DNA of 58,904 bases, the filler included. It is 5 parts of 5 records of this genome, joined end to end, with 100 filler letters (N's around TTAATTAATTAA, not from the genome) between each part and the next. Parts side by side here need not be neighbours in the genome. Positions count along the whole stretch, not along the records: positions 12,083 to 24,985 come from SRR31156797_22923; positions 25,086 to 47,460 come from SRR31156797_22939; 3 more parts are not named here. One strand, 5' to 3'. Positions 20,614-30,404 of the stretch are shown piece after piece. The translations under genes and the position numbers were made by a program. The notes under the pieces were generated by a model that searched no databases, was not told where the DNA came from, and saw only the letters and a list, made by a program, of their open reading frames with translations. Positions within the stretch are counted from its first letter, which is position 1. Each line of letters opens with the position of its first letter.

Positions 20614-21156
20614 TTACATCGGCTCCTGGAAAAAGAAGGACACAGAAAAGTCAAACACGGAGATCTCTTTCGTGCCACCTAAGCCACGGGAAAAGCCCGC
20701 GCCCCAGCGCAAGCCCCATTGACGGGAAAGGTAGTGATCCACGCCGACACCAAAACGTGCCACACCGCCGTTTCGTTCGTCACTGCCCTCCGCCGGGGCG
20801 TTTTCGGCATCAAGCCGCATCACGCCTGCCCCAAACGAAACGTAGCCGGAACAATCTCCCTTCACCAGAGAGTGATACCGACCGCCCAGGGTAAAAATGG
20901 AAATGGAGACATCCCCATCTGTCAGATCGTTGTCCGCACCGAAATGGTTGCTCTTCGCTCCGAAAAGTTCCACCTCAAATCCCGGTTTGAGGGGGTATCC
21001 CATGGTCAACTGAGCACCCACCCCGGCCTCTTGCTCGGCGTCATCGTACAGGAGAATGGGACCTGCCGATACCCGCAATTTTTTCCCATCTTCCGCTACC
21101 GCCCCCTGGGTTGTCATCAGCAGGCAGGTCAAACACAAATACAGAATTCTTTTCAT
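20614..21156 (-). CDS. Outer-membrane beta-barrel protein (OmpA-TM/OMP_b-brl-like)
   Basis: Signal peptide, alternating beta-strand pattern (TLGGRY, YVSFGAG, FGVGVDH, FDFSVSFFF), AAGGAGG RBS. Confidence 0.7.
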   Translation of the reverse strand: MKRILYLCLTCLLMTTQGAVAEDGKKLRVSAGPILLYDDAEQEAGVGAQLTMGYPLKPGFEVELFGAKSNHFGADNDLTDGDVSISIFTLGGRYHSLVKGDCSGYVSFGAGVMRLDAENAPAEGSDERNGGVARFGVGVDHYLSRQWGLRWGAGFSRGLGGTKEISVFDFSVSFFFQEPM

Positions 21157-21396
21157 TCTGATACCTCCTTTCGCCCGTCACATTCTTCCTACTTGCAAGG
21201 GCGTCTTGTTGATCCCCATGCCCGCAATCTTCACATCTTAAGAAGGAGCGGTGGGGATGTTAACTGTCATCTCAGGGGGGTCCGGATAATCGGAAAGCCG
21301 GCAGTGTATTTCCTGCGGCCTTAAACTCAACAGGTTCGCCGGTCGAAAGATGCGTGTTGTTTTTAAGCTGTTTCAACTTGAGGGATTGTGGAGTCA

Positions 21397-21425
21397 ATTA
21401 TAGATAACCGCGAATGCCATGTCAA
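21397..21425 (-). promoter_or_regulatory. Perfect sigma70 promoter (TTGACA-17-TATAAT) facing the beta-barrel gene
   Basis: + strand attata (21397-21402), 17 bp, tgtcaa (21420-21425). Confidence 0.8.
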
Positions 21426-21656
21426 TGACCATGCCAACACGAAATATCCAGGTTCATGGCTCCCATGGGCGTGTCAATGGTTCTGGCAGCCGGGCATGGA
21501 TCTGGCCGGAAAGCATATCATGCAGGGGGTTGAAAGGATGCGGTTTCCAAGGGCAGTGATTTCATGTTCTTCTCCTTTGCAGGTGGTAGGAGGCGGTCCC
21601 ATTTTATTTCCCGATCCCTTGACAGGGAACCGGGAATATCATAAGAAGCAGACGTT

Positions 21657-21749
21657 ATGCAAAATGAAAACAGGACAATCACAGCAGCGAGCAGAGCATA
21701 TTATTATTATCGGTATTATATCCGGCTGCCCGAGGTGCGCTTGTCCTGA
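21657..21749 (+). CDS. Tyr-rich leader peptide MQNENRTITAASRAYYYYRYYIRLPEVRLS of a tyrS attenuator
   Basis: Six TAT codons in seven positions (21699-21719), directly upstream of terminators and tyrS. Confidence 0.8.
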   Translation: MQNENRTITAASRAYYYYRYYIRLPEVRLS

Positions 21750-21772
21750 CATAACGTAACAAGCTGAGATAT

Positions 21773-21806
21773 AAGCCGCGGGCAGAAATGCTTCGCGGCT
21801 TTTTTT
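21773..21806 (+). terminator. Attenuator terminator 1 of tyrS leader
   Basis: aagccgcgggca-gaaa-tgcttcgcggc followed by U7. Confidence 0.85.
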
Positions 21807-21812
21807 GTTTTT

Positions 21813-21858
21813 AAGGGTCGCAGAAGAAATTTTTCCTGCGGCCCTTTTTTTTTTTTTT
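21813..21858 (+). terminator. Second terminator in tyrS leader
   Basis: aagggtcgcag...ctgcggccctt followed by long U tract. Confidence 0.7.
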
Positions 21859-21925
21859 CAAAACGGAAAATCCGGTCTCCGGGATCGAATTTTACGTTTT
21901 TCCCAAAATCACGAAAGGAGCTATT

Positions 21926-23212
21926 ATGAGTGTACTGACTATTCTGAAACAGCGCGGTTTTATCGAAAACACCACCCATGACGAGGAACTGGCCGAATAC
22001 CTGGGAAACGAGGGAGCCACCTGTTACATCGGTTTCGACCCCACGGCTGAGAGCCTCCATGTGGGACACCTGATTCCCATCATGTCCCTGGCCCACATGC
22101 AGAGACACGGGCACCGGCCCATCGCCCTGGTGGGGGGCGGCACCGGCAGGATCGGGGACCCATCGGGAAAAACCGAAATGCGGCAAATGATGACCTATGA
22201 AACCATTGAGAAGAACATGCAGGGCATCAGAAAGCAGCTCTCCTCCTTTATCGATTTCGATCAGGGCGGGGCGATCCTGGCAAACAACGCGGACTGGCTG
22301 GCAACCCTCGAATATATCCCCTTCCTCAGGGATGTGGGAAAGCATTTCAGCGTGAACCGGATGATCAAAACAGAGGGCTACAGGAAGCGCATCGAGTCCG
22401 AAGAGGGCCTGAGCTTTATCGAATTCAACTACATGCTTCTCCAGGCCTATGATTTCTGCAATCTCTTCGACAACCACGGCTGCCGTCTCCAGATGGGGGG
22501 AAGCGACCAGTGGGGAAATATTGTGGCGGGGGTGGAGCTGGTCCGCAAGATGCGCCGGGAGACGGTATTCGGCATCACCTTCCAGCTGATTACCAAGAGC
22601 GACGGCACCAAGATGGGCAAGACCGCAGGAGGCGCGGTGTGGCTGGATCCGGAGAAGACCTCCCCCTACGAATACTTCCAGTTCTGGGTAAACACGGACG
22701 ACAGGGATGTGGCCCGTTTTCTTGCCCTCTTCACCTTCCTTCCCCTGGAAGAGATCGAACGGGTGAAAGAACTGGAAGGTGCGGAACTCAACAACGCCAA
22801 GTCCATCCTCGCCTTTGAAGCCACCCGCCTTGCCCACGGCACACAGGAGGCGGAAAAGGCCCTCACCGCTGCGGCGAGCATGTTCGGGGCAAAGGAGATA
22901 AGGGCCGAGATTCTTCCGTCCAGCACCATCAACAGGCTCAAGCCCGAAGGAGCGAACAATTCACTGCCCACCACCGCCATGGAAGAGACCGAGCTTTCTG
23001 CCGGGATTCCGGTCTACCAGCTTTTTCAACGGGTGGGTCTGGTTAAATCAGGCGGTGAGGCAAGGCGCTTGATTGCCCAGGGGGGCGCGTACATGAACGA
23101 AAGCCACGTAACAGCCTTTGACCAGACCGTGGACACCTCCCACTTGAAGAACGGGGAGATCGTGCTCAGGGCAGGCAAGAAACGGTATCACAAAATAACG
23201 GTCGCCGTATAA
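21926..23212 (+). CDS. tyrS: Tyrosine--tRNA ligase
   Basis: YIGFDPTAESLHVGH, YMLLQAYD, GGSDQWGN, KMGKT, C-terminal S4 domain. Confidence 0.98.
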   Translation: MSVLTILKQRGFIENTTHDEELAEYLGNEGATCYIGFDPTAESLHVGHLIPIMSLAHMQRHGHRPIALVGGGTGRIGDPSGKTEMRQMMTYETIEKNMQGIRKQLSSFIDFDQGGAILANNADWLATLEYIPFLRDVGKHFSVNRMIKTEGYRKRIESEEGLSFIEFNYMLLQAYDFCNLFDNHGCRLQMGGSDQWGNIVAGVELVRKMRRETVFGITFQLITKSDGTKMGKTAGGAVWLDPEKTSPYEYFQFWVNTDDRDVARFLALFTFLPLEEIERVKELEGAELNNAKSILAFEATRLAHGTQEAEKALTAAASMFGAKEIRAEILPSSTINRLKPEGANNSLPTTAMEETELSAGIPVYQLFQRVGLVKSGGEARRLIAQGGAYMNESHVTAFDQTVDTSHLKNGEIVLRAGKKRYHKITVAV

Positions 23213-23224
23213 AGCGCAAGATGA

Positions 23225-23248
23225 GGGGCGGCGGCATGCTGCCGCCCC
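23225..23248. terminator. GC-rich hairpin between convergent tyrS and LysR genes
   Basis: ggggcggcgg-catg-ctgccgcccc. Confidence 0.6.
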
Positions 23249-23277
23249 CAGGAATTCAGGAACACCATACTTATCTT

Positions 23278-24219
23278 TCACGTTAAATCGGGTTCTTTGC
23301 ATTGGCCCAGGGGAAGTTCCGCGATGGTTTTGCGAAGCCACCGGTTGGCGGGGTCCCCGTTCATGCGCTCGTGCCAGTAGAGCATGATGGAAAGGGGGGG
23401 CAACTCGATGGGCGGGGCAAACAGCCGGAATGCGGAGATATTTTCAAAGGCGTAGGCCAGCCGCCGGGGCAGGGTTACGATCATGCCGGTGGTCTCCAGG
23501 ATTTTCGGAATGATCAGGATGTGGGGCACCCGCAGGGCCACATTTCGCTGGTATCCCATTTTTGACAGGGTCTTTTCAATGATCACGTCCCCCTTGGCCC
23601 GGGGGGAGAAGATGGCGTGGGGCTGGGCCAGGTATTCATCCAGGGACAGGGTATCGCCAAGGGCGGGATGGCTGTTGTGCACCATGCACTGGAAATCATC
23701 GTCGAACAGGTGTCTCCTGAAAATTCCCGGCCCCACTTCCCGGTGCCCCACGGCCAGTTCGAACTCTCCGCTTTCCAGGCCCACCTGGGTCTTGTCCGAG
23801 GGCATGGGAGAGATTTCGATGCGGATCCCCGGCGCTTCCCGGCTCAAGTAATGCATGAGGGGCGGCAGGATCACCATCTCGCAGTAATCGGACATGGAGA
23901 GCCGGATGTTTTTCTTTGCCGTGGCCGGATCAAAGGGCGCCGGCTGATTCAAAAGGGTACGGATCCCGGCCAGGGACGGTTCCAGGGAAGCGTAAATCTC
24001 CTGTGAACGTGGCGTGGGGGCCATCTCTCCCCCCATCCGCACGAACAGGGAATCCTCGAAAACCTTCCTCAGGCGGCCCAGGGCATGACTTACCGCGGAT
24101 TGGGTCAATCCCAGTTTTTCTCCGGCCCGGGTGAGGTTTCGTTCCTGGTAGACCGCCTCAAACACCGGCAGCAGGTTCAGGTCGATGCCGCCCAAATGAA
24201 TCATGTTCATCTCCTTCAT
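23278..24219 (-). CDS. LysR-family transcriptional regulator divergent from leuC
   Basis: DLNLLPVFEAVYQERNLTRAGEKLGLTQSAVSHALGRLR HTH; DPANRWLR. Confidence 0.93.
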   Translation of the reverse strand: MKEMNMIHLGGIDLNLLPVFEAVYQERNLTRAGEKLGLTQSAVSHALGRLRKVFEDSLFVRMGGEMAPTPRSQEIYASLEPSLAGIRTLLNQPAPFDPATAKKNIRLSMSDYCEMVILPPLMHYLSREAPGIRIEISPMPSDKTQVGLESGEFELAVGHREVGPGIFRRHLFDDDFQCMVHNSHPALGDTLSLDEYLAQPHAIFSPRAKGDVIIEKTLSKMGYQRNVALRVPHILIIPKILETTGMIVTLPRRLAYAFENISAFRLFAPPIELPPLSIMLYWHERMNGDPANRWLRKTIAELPLGQCKEPDLT

Positions 24220-24308
24220 GATAGATATTAATTGGACTCACTATACACCATCCCCTATAGTTGTCACAACCGATTAGACAGACAAGACCAATCATATATG
24301 GGGGAATT

Positions 24309-24985
24309 ATGGGACAAAGTATGTATGAGAAAATCTGGGATGCCCATGTGATTCATGAAGCCAACGGGCAGACGCCCATCGTTTATGTGGATCGGCATCT
24401 GATGCATGAGGTGACCAGTCCCCAGGCCTTTTCCGGGCTGCGGGAAAAGAACCGGAAGGTGAGGCAACCGGATTTCTGCCTGGCCACCATGGATCATGTG
24501 GTCCCCACAAAGGATCGCGACAAACCCATCTCCGATCCCGTGGCCGGAAACCAGGTGGAGACCCTGGCAGCCAACTGCAGGGAGTTCGGGGTGAGATGCT
24601 TTGACATGGCCTCTGAAAAACAGGGGGTGATCCATGTGATCGCTCCGGAGCAGGGATTTGTGCATCCGGGGATGATCGTGGTGTGCGGGGACAGTCATAC
24701 CGCCACCCACGGGGCCTTCGGCAGCCTGGCATTTGGCATCGGCACCTCGGAAGTGGAACATGTGATGGCCACCCAGTCCCTGCAGCAGAAAAAATCAAAA
24801 ACCATGCGGGTCACCTTTGAAGGCCAACTGCCTGCCGGTGTGTCTGCCAAGGATCTGGCCCTGGCCCTGATCGGACGCATCGGCACCGCGGGCGGCACCG
24901 GCTATGTCATGGAGTTTGCCGGCGACACGGTGCGGGATCTTTCCATGGAAGGGCGCATGACCCTGTGCAACATGGCCATCGAGGC
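24309..24985 (+). CDS. leuC: 3-isopropylmalate dehydratase large subunit, 5' part (contig-truncated)
   Basis: [41 protein letters not shown]. Confidence 0.95.
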
Positions 24986-25085
24986 NNNNNNNNNNNNNNN
25001 NNNNNNNNNNNNNNNNNNNNNNNNNNNNNTTAATTAATTAANNNNNNNNNNNNNNNNNNNNNNNNNNNNNNNNNNNNNNNNNNNN
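24986..25085. other. Artificial contig spacer
   Basis: N-run + TTAATTAATTAA + N-run. Confidence 0.99.
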
Positions 25086-25782
25086 TATTGCCCATCAATG
25101 GAGACAACCTTTATCTATCATTACCACAAGTGCTTCAGGATTAAAACTTCAATCAGACATGGGTGTATTAAATCAAGAAAACATAGATAAATATAATGAC
25201 CTTATTATGCAACAAGCAGAATATCTTTCTAAAACAATCGATAACTTTAGAGATTTTATTAAAGGGGAAACTACTTATAAAGATCTTAGTATTCATGAAC
25301 TTATTGTTCAAACGCTTAGTTTGGTAAAAGCCTCTTTGGATAATAACTATATTAAGACCTCTATTGATATAGAGGATGATATACTTGTCTATGGAAATAT
25401 CAACGAATTAACCCAAGCACTTCTTAATATCATTAACAATTCAAAAGATGTATTAAAAGAATATATACCAATGGAACAAGAAAGAATTATCTTTATAGTC
25501 ACAAAAAAGATTGATGAACACACTTTAGAATTAACTATCAAAGATAACGGTGGAGGGATACAAGAAAATATCATCCATAGAATATTTGAACCTTACTTTA
25601 CAACCAAACATCAATCTATTGGTACTGGATTAGGATTAGCAATGGTTGATAAGATCATAAGAGAAAGACATAACTTTATAATAAAAGTACACAATGAGCA
25701 GTATCAATATAATGAAAAAGACTACAAAGGAGCCTGCTTTACAATAGTTTTTACAAAAAAAACTTCTGAAAAAACATATTAG
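25086..25782 (+). CDS. Sensor histidine kinase, C-terminal part (contig-truncated)
   Basis: IAHQWRQPL H-box typical of Campylobacterota, NIINNSKD, DNGGGI, FEPYFTTK, GTGLGL. Confidence 0.92.
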
Positions 25783-25892
25783 ATTAATTTTACCTATAAT
25801 AAATATAAATTTTAAATATCAATTATCTCCTTTAATAAAACTATCCACTTAATTTTATACACTTACACCCATTAATTCTAGGAGACAAAACA

Positions 25893-26366
25893 ATGAAAAA
25901 ACTACTGCTTACTTGTTTATTAAGCTCATATATATTTGCTAGTTCAAATATTCTACAAATTGGAGATACATTTCCAAACAACAGCTTTAAAGATCAATTT
26001 GAAAAAGAGTATATCATCACAAATGATACAAAAAAACTTCTTTTTGCTTTTTCAAAAGATAATGGCCATATCATAAAAGAGTTTATGGGTGATAAACCAA
26101 CTGACTTTCTTATAAAAAAAGAGATTTTATTTATTGCAGATATTAGTGCTATGCCATCAATCATTGCATCATGGTTTGCGATTCCTGATATGAAAAAAAG
26201 TAAATATCCAATCTTACTGATTCAAGATGAAGATATCGCTGCAAAGTATAAATTAGAAGATAAAAAAGAGTCTTTTATGATAGTTGAACTTGAAAATAAA
26301 CAAGTAAAAAATATAAAATATATTTCTGGAAAAGAGAATATAATAAATTGGATTCAAGAGAACTAA
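25893..26366 (+). CDS. Secreted protein, thioredoxin-like fold
   Basis: Signal peptide; GDTFP..SFKDQF; ADISAMPS motif. Confidence 0.6.
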   Translation: MKKLLLTCLLSSYIFASSNILQIGDTFPNNSFKDQFEKEYIITNDTKKLLFAFSKDNGHIIKEFMGDKPTDFLIKKEILFIADISAMPSIIASWFAIPDMKKSKYPILLIQDEDIAAKYKLEDKKESFMIVELENKQVKNIKYISGKENIINWIQEN

Positions 26367-26367
26367 A

Positions 26368-26874
26368 TTAGTCTCTTGATTCTAAAATCTCGATCTTTTC
26401 GATCGTATCTCCTTGCTTGATTTGATCAAGAACTTCAAAGCTTTCTTTATCAGTTACTTCAATCCCACCAAAAACAGTATGCCCACCATCAAGGTGAGGA
26501 CATGGAACAAAACAGATAAAAAACTGACTTCCACCTGTATCTTTTCCAGCATGAGCCATAGATAATGATCCTCTTTTATGAACTTGACCCTCTTTATCAG
26601 TTTCACAAGCGATTGCCCAATCTGGTCCACCTACACCGATCCCTTGTGGACATCCACCTTGAGCCATAAAGCCCTCAATAACTCTATGAAAAATAAGTCC
26701 ATTATAAAACTCATCTTTTGCTAAAGTTGTAAAGTTTGCCACAGTATTTGGTGTAAACTCTGGTATTAACTTTGTCCAAATCACCCCTTTTGAAGTAGTA
26801 AACTTCGCATACTGTAATTTCTCTAACTCTTCTTGCTCTAAATTGTATTCTTTTAATTCTTTTCTTCCAAACAT
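26368..26874 (-). CDS. Cyclophilin-type peptidyl-prolyl isomerase
   Basis: FHRVIEGFMAQGG, LSMAHAG, GGSQFFI, HLDGGHTVFG. Confidence 0.95.
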   Translation of the reverse strand: MFGRKELKEYNLEQEELEKLQYAKFTTSKGVIWTKLIPEFTPNTVANFTTLAKDEFYNGLIFHRVIEGFMAQGGCPQGIGVGGPDWAIACETDKEGQVHKRGSLSMAHAGKDTGGSQFFICFVPCPHLDGGHTVFGGIEVTDKESFEVLDQIKQGDTIEKIEILESRD

Positions 26875-26894
26875 TTATCTCATCCTTTTTTTAT

Positions 26895-27197
26895 TTAAAC
26901 ACTCATATCATGAAGCTCTTTAAAAAGATATGCTTCAATAATATCTTCTATATACCTTTGCGTTGGAGCAACTAATATTGCTATCCCTTCTTCCATAAAA
27001 GGCCACACATGCTCTTTTTGATCTTTTACTATCAGCACATCGATCCAATCACTTATCTCTTCACGTGATTGATAAAACTGACTATTTGTTACTTTCCCTT
27101 CAGTAATATCAAAGATCAGCCAATATTGAACATCTTCTATACTACAAAGTTTTGCCTCTTCAAGATCACTATCATCAACTGGTATTAAAATATTCAT
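26895..27197 (-). CDS. NifX/NifB-like (FeMo-cofactor-binding fold) small protein
   Basis: ILIPVD N-terminus, ~100-aa size and IEDIIEAY tail pattern. Confidence 0.5.
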   Translation of the reverse strand: MNILIPVDDSDLEEAKLCSIEDVQYWLIFDITEGKVTNSQFYQSREEISDWIDVLIVKDQKEHVWPFMEEGIAILVAPTQRYIEDIIEAYLFKELHDMSV

Positions 27198-27296
27198 AAC
27201 TTCTTATCCTTTTAAGTCTAGGTGGAATTATATGTTATCTATATAAAATACTCCTTATAACCCAAAATTAAGTGGTAATTATTTTGTAACTAAACT

Positions 27297-27488
27297 TTGA
27301 TATTGTTTCTTATGGAAACTATACTTACTTATTTAGATAAAAAATATCCTAATATCAATGTTCTTACAAAAGAGCAAATAGAACAAGAGCTCTTAACAAA
27401 AGATATTCCAAAAAAACTCAATAGACGTTATGTTCCTAAAAAAGAGATAGCTGAATATCTTAAAAATACTATAGAGAATAATAGTTAA
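27297..27488 (+). CDS. Small hypothetical protein (start may be 27312)
   Basis: ORF only. Confidence 0.35.
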   Translation: MILFLMETILTYLDKKYPNINVLTKEQIEQELLTKDIPKKLNRRYVPKKEIAEYLKNTIENNS

Positions 27489-27528
27489 TAAACTTTAGGT
27501 TTTATATTAACAAAATGACCCCTTATAC

Positions 27529-28257
27529 TTATAGATAGTGTCTAACCATCTTACGCCAATATCGTGCTCTATGAGCCTCTTCATCCCATCTGATAAATTG
27601 ATGTTGAATTGATTTCAACCAAAGTTGATCACTAAAGGCTTCATTATTTGATAAAAACTGATCCTCATTACCAATAGTAAAGATAATCTCTAAGTTTCGA
27701 ATCTTTTCAAGAATCTCCTGATCTTCCATTCTTCCAATATAATGTAAAGGCATATGATAATATATATCTTCATCATAGTGTCCATCAAATAGATTTCTAT
27801 GGCTTCCAGTATCTACAGTAAGATCGTAACGCCCACTTAAAGCAACTATCTTATTAAACTTTTCTGGATGTCTTAAGGCAATATTCATTGCATGATATGC
27901 CCCAAGAGAACATCCATGAGAAATAGTATAAGGTGAATCATTACTCTCTTGCATATAAGGTATCACTTCTTCTAAAATATAGTTTTCATATTCTTGATGA
28001 CGATGAATCCTATCGACTGGATTATTCCAATTACAATAAAAACTCTCCTCATCAACACTATCAACACAAACCAAGCGAAGATAGCCCTCTTCTATTTTAT
28101 CCTCTAAAGCTTTTATCAATCCCCAATTTTCATAATCAAAAAATCTTCCAACCCTTGTAGGGAAAACTAACATATTTGCCCCACTATGACCAAAACTTAA
28201 AAGCTCCATATCTCTTTGTAAAGCAGTAGAAAACCATTTTTTGTACTCTCTTCTCAT
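27529..28257 (-). CDS. Alpha/beta-hydrolase esterase
   Basis: GCSLGAYHA nucleophile elbow, ALSGRYD, FGHSG..LVFPT. Confidence 0.85.
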   Translation of the reverse strand: MRREYKKWFSTALQRDMELLSFGHSGANMLVFPTRVGRFFDYENWGLIKALEDKIEEGYLRLVCVDSVDEESFYCNWNNPVDRIHRHQEYENYILEEVIPYMQESNDSPYTISHGCSLGAYHAMNIALRHPEKFNKIVALSGRYDLTVDTGSHRNLFDGHYDEDIYYHMPLHYIGRMEDQEILEKIRNLEIIFTIGNEDQFLSNNEAFSDQLWLKSIQHQFIRWDEEAHRARYWRKMVRHYL

Positions 28258-28850
28258 CGTAAAGACTCTTTTTTATGAAATAATATCTTTTCTCGCCAAA
28301 GCTCATAACCATTTGAAGACATATGAAGATTGTCCTCTAAAAAAAATGTTTCATTTGGTTTATTCTCTTGCAACATATCAAAATATATATCAATAAAATA
28401 ACAGTTACTTTTCCCCTCTAAAAATGACTGCATATAACCATTATACTCTTCTATAGTCCCTCTTAGATTCCATCTACTTGGACTAGGTTTTATAGAGATA
28501 CAAGTAAATGGGATATCAGGATAATAGTGCCTTAAGTTATAATAAAATCTCTCAAAATACCCTTTGACTTCATAAGACTTCTTTCCATCGCCAATATCAT
28601 TATCTCCAGCATAAAGGATTAAACTTTTTGGCTGCATTGGAAGCACTAATCTATCAAAAAAATGGGTACAAGCCTCAAGAGTAGATCCCCCAAAAGCATT
28701 ATTACTGATCTCATATGTAGAAAAATCATTGTGTATATCTGGCCAAAGTGTAAAAGATGAGCTACCATAAAAAAGATTTGTATTTTTTTTATGTATCCCT
28801 TGTTCTATTTTTTCCTCTAAGCATTTTACTTCCTCTTCATACCAAACCAT
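28254..28850 (-). CDS. SGNH/GDSL-family hydrolase
   Basis: FYGSSS, FGGS, YAGDND, DNLH. Confidence 0.88.
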   Translation of the reverse strand: MVWYEEEVKCLEEKIEQGIHKKNTNLFYGSSSFTLWPDIHNDFSTYEISNNAFGGSTLEACTHFFDRLVLPMQPKSLILYAGDNDIGDGKKSYEVKGYFERFYYNLRHYYPDIPFTCISIKPSPSRWNLRGTIEEYNGYMQSFLEGKSNCYFIDIYFDMLQENKPNETFFLEDNLHMSSNGYELWREKILFHKKESLR

Positions 28851-28948
28851 GATTATCCCTTATAAAATATTTATTATGTATTATAGTAAAATTTTAAAAC
28901 TTTATGGTTACAAAAGAAAATAATTTGTGATTTTGTGAAAATATACGA

Positions 28949-28968
28949 AAAGTGCCCCTCCCAGATAC
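28949..28968. repeat. att core, distal copy (displaced ffs 3' end)
   Basis: aaagtgcccctcccagatac, identical to 41202-41221. Confidence 0.95.
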
Positions 28969-29025
28969 TTAACTATAAGATATAAATACCTTAATTAAAG
29001 GGTATTTTAGAAATACTAAATTTTA

Positions 29026-29049
29026 AATGTACCAGTTAATGTACCAAAA
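29026..29049. repeat. Candidate integrase arm-type sites, distal end
   Basis: aatgtaccagtt-aatgtaccaaaa; reverse complement matches 41028-41047 at 19/20. Confidence 0.7.
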
Positions 29050-29217
29050 AATCAAAGTACTATGTAAAATTGATATGTAAATTGTAGAGAAAAGACGCAA
29101 AGGTACAAAAGAAGAAAATCCACTTAAGACCTCGCTAGTTCAAAGAAATATTAATATAGTCTAACTTTTATATAGATTAATGTAAAATTTATACTTTATG
29201 TAAAAGGATTCTATGAT

Positions 29218-29922
29218 ATGGATTATGAAGTATATTGTGATGAAGCTTTCCCCGATCTATTTACCTCAACCAAAAGTACTAAAAAATATTTGACTATTGG
29301 TTCATTATGGCTTGAAAAATCTTTGAGATCTGAACTAAAAGGTAAGATACAAGATTTAAAAAAAGAACATAATACATGGGGTGAAATCAAATGGAATAAA
29401 ATATCTAATAGTAAAATAGAGTTTTATTTTGATCTTGTAGATCTCTTTATGTCTTACGGTTACGATTTAAGATTTAGATGTATTGCTATTAATAATGATC
29501 ACGTAAATTTGGAACTCCACCATAATAATGATGGTGAGCTAGGTTTTTATAAATTCTATTATCAACTATTGCATCACTGGATATTAGATTTTAACGAATA
29601 TTCTATTTTTTGCGATACAAAAACAAACCGTGATCCTAAAAGACTACAGGTTTTACAAAGATGTCTAACTAAATCAAACCTATCATCACAAATAGTAAAT
29701 TTACAAGCTCTACCATCAAAAGAGGTTGTTTTGATCCAATTATCTGATTTTCTATTAGGAATGGCTAGTGCTAGACTAAATGATACACTTAAACCAGATT
29801 CAGCAAAAAGCAAAGTTGTTGAAAGGCTAGAGCAGCATTTAAATATTGATAAATTGACCCCAACATATCAAACTGAATTAAAATACAATATCTTTAAAAT
29901 TAAACTAGCTGGTGGTTGGTAA
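29218..29922 (+). CDS. DUF3800-family protein (RNase H-like fold)
   Basis: N-terminal VYCDEA, EIKW, C-terminal LIQLSDFLLG (QxxD) signature. Confidence 0.82.
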   Translation: MDYEVYCDEAFPDLFTSTKSTKKYLTIGSLWLEKSLRSELKGKIQDLKKEHNTWGEIKWNKISNSKIEFYFDLVDLFMSYGYDLRFRCIAINNDHVNLELHHNNDGELGFYKFYYQLLHHWILDFNEYSIFCDTKTNRDPKRLQVLQRCLTKSNLSSQIVNLQALPSKEVVLIQLSDFLLGMASARLNDTLKPDSAKSKVVERLEQHLNIDKLTPTYQTELKYNIFKIKLAGGW

Positions 29923-30404
29923 TGTGTCCACCTTTAGTTATATATGAGACGCAAGAAGAGTATAGAGAACATTATGAACGTGAATATTGTCGAACTCCAA
30001 TTATGACCGCTGACGGTATTAGAGTTTTCTTTGGAAAGGATCAATTTGATCATATATTTTTTGAGAGTGTTAAAAGTAAAGATGATACTTTTTCCAAAGC
30101 TCGTTCTCAAAGAATTGATTGGATAAAACATACATTGATTGAAAAAAGCTCTATTTTGTATCAAGGTTATGATCATAAAACAAAAGCATATTATCCAGAC
30201 CGTAGAGTTACTTTGAGATATGAAGATTTTGTGGTAGTACTGCAGTTATCCCTAAATACTAAAGGTATATTAAAAGGGAACATTATTACATGCTATTATG
30301 CCGATAATAGTATAGATGAAATTAAAAAGTCTCCACTTTGGGATAAGGATGAATGTATAAAGTTACTTGAATTGAAACAAAAATCAAAAAAGAAAAAGCG
30401 TTAA
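29922..30404 (+). CDS. Putative BECR/PBECR-fold ribonuclease, coupled to DUF3800 (TAATG overlap)
   Basis: FDHIFFES, RSQRIDWIKHTL, FVVVLQ, IITCY pattern; Lys-rich tail. Confidence 0.55.
   Translation: MCPPLVIYETQEEYREHYEREYCRTPIMTADGIRVFFGKDQFDHIFFESVKSKDDTFSKARSQRIDWIKHTLIEKSSILYQGYDHKTKAYYPDRRVTLRYEDFVVVLQLSLNTKGILKGNIITCYYADNSIDEIKKSPLWDKDECIKLLELKQKSKKKKR

Noticed and set aside
21305-21345. c-di-GMP-I (GEMM) riboswitch from ggcgaacc...ggccgcagga on the minus strand
   Set aside because: Lacks the GNRA-capped P2 stem and the second conserved hairpin; similarity too weak
21664-21759. Ile-rich reading (HIIIIGII) of the tyrS leader, part of ORF 21388-21759
   Set aside because: It is the shifted frame of the TAT run; the downstream gene is tyrS, so the Tyr frame is the parsimonious one
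21600-21925. T-box riboswitch upstream of tyrS
   Set aside because: No AAGGTGGCACC/GGTGGNACC T-box consensus before either terminator
12247-24898. Many long antisense or overlapping ORFs in the GC-rich contig (e.g. 13806-15299, 15814-17292, 17308-18984, 21716-22837)
   Set aside because: Shadow ORFs from high GC3 codon bias opposite well-supported genes
26895-27197. Nitrogen-fixation locus
   Set aside because: Lone NifX-like fold without any nif genes; such proteins are widespread
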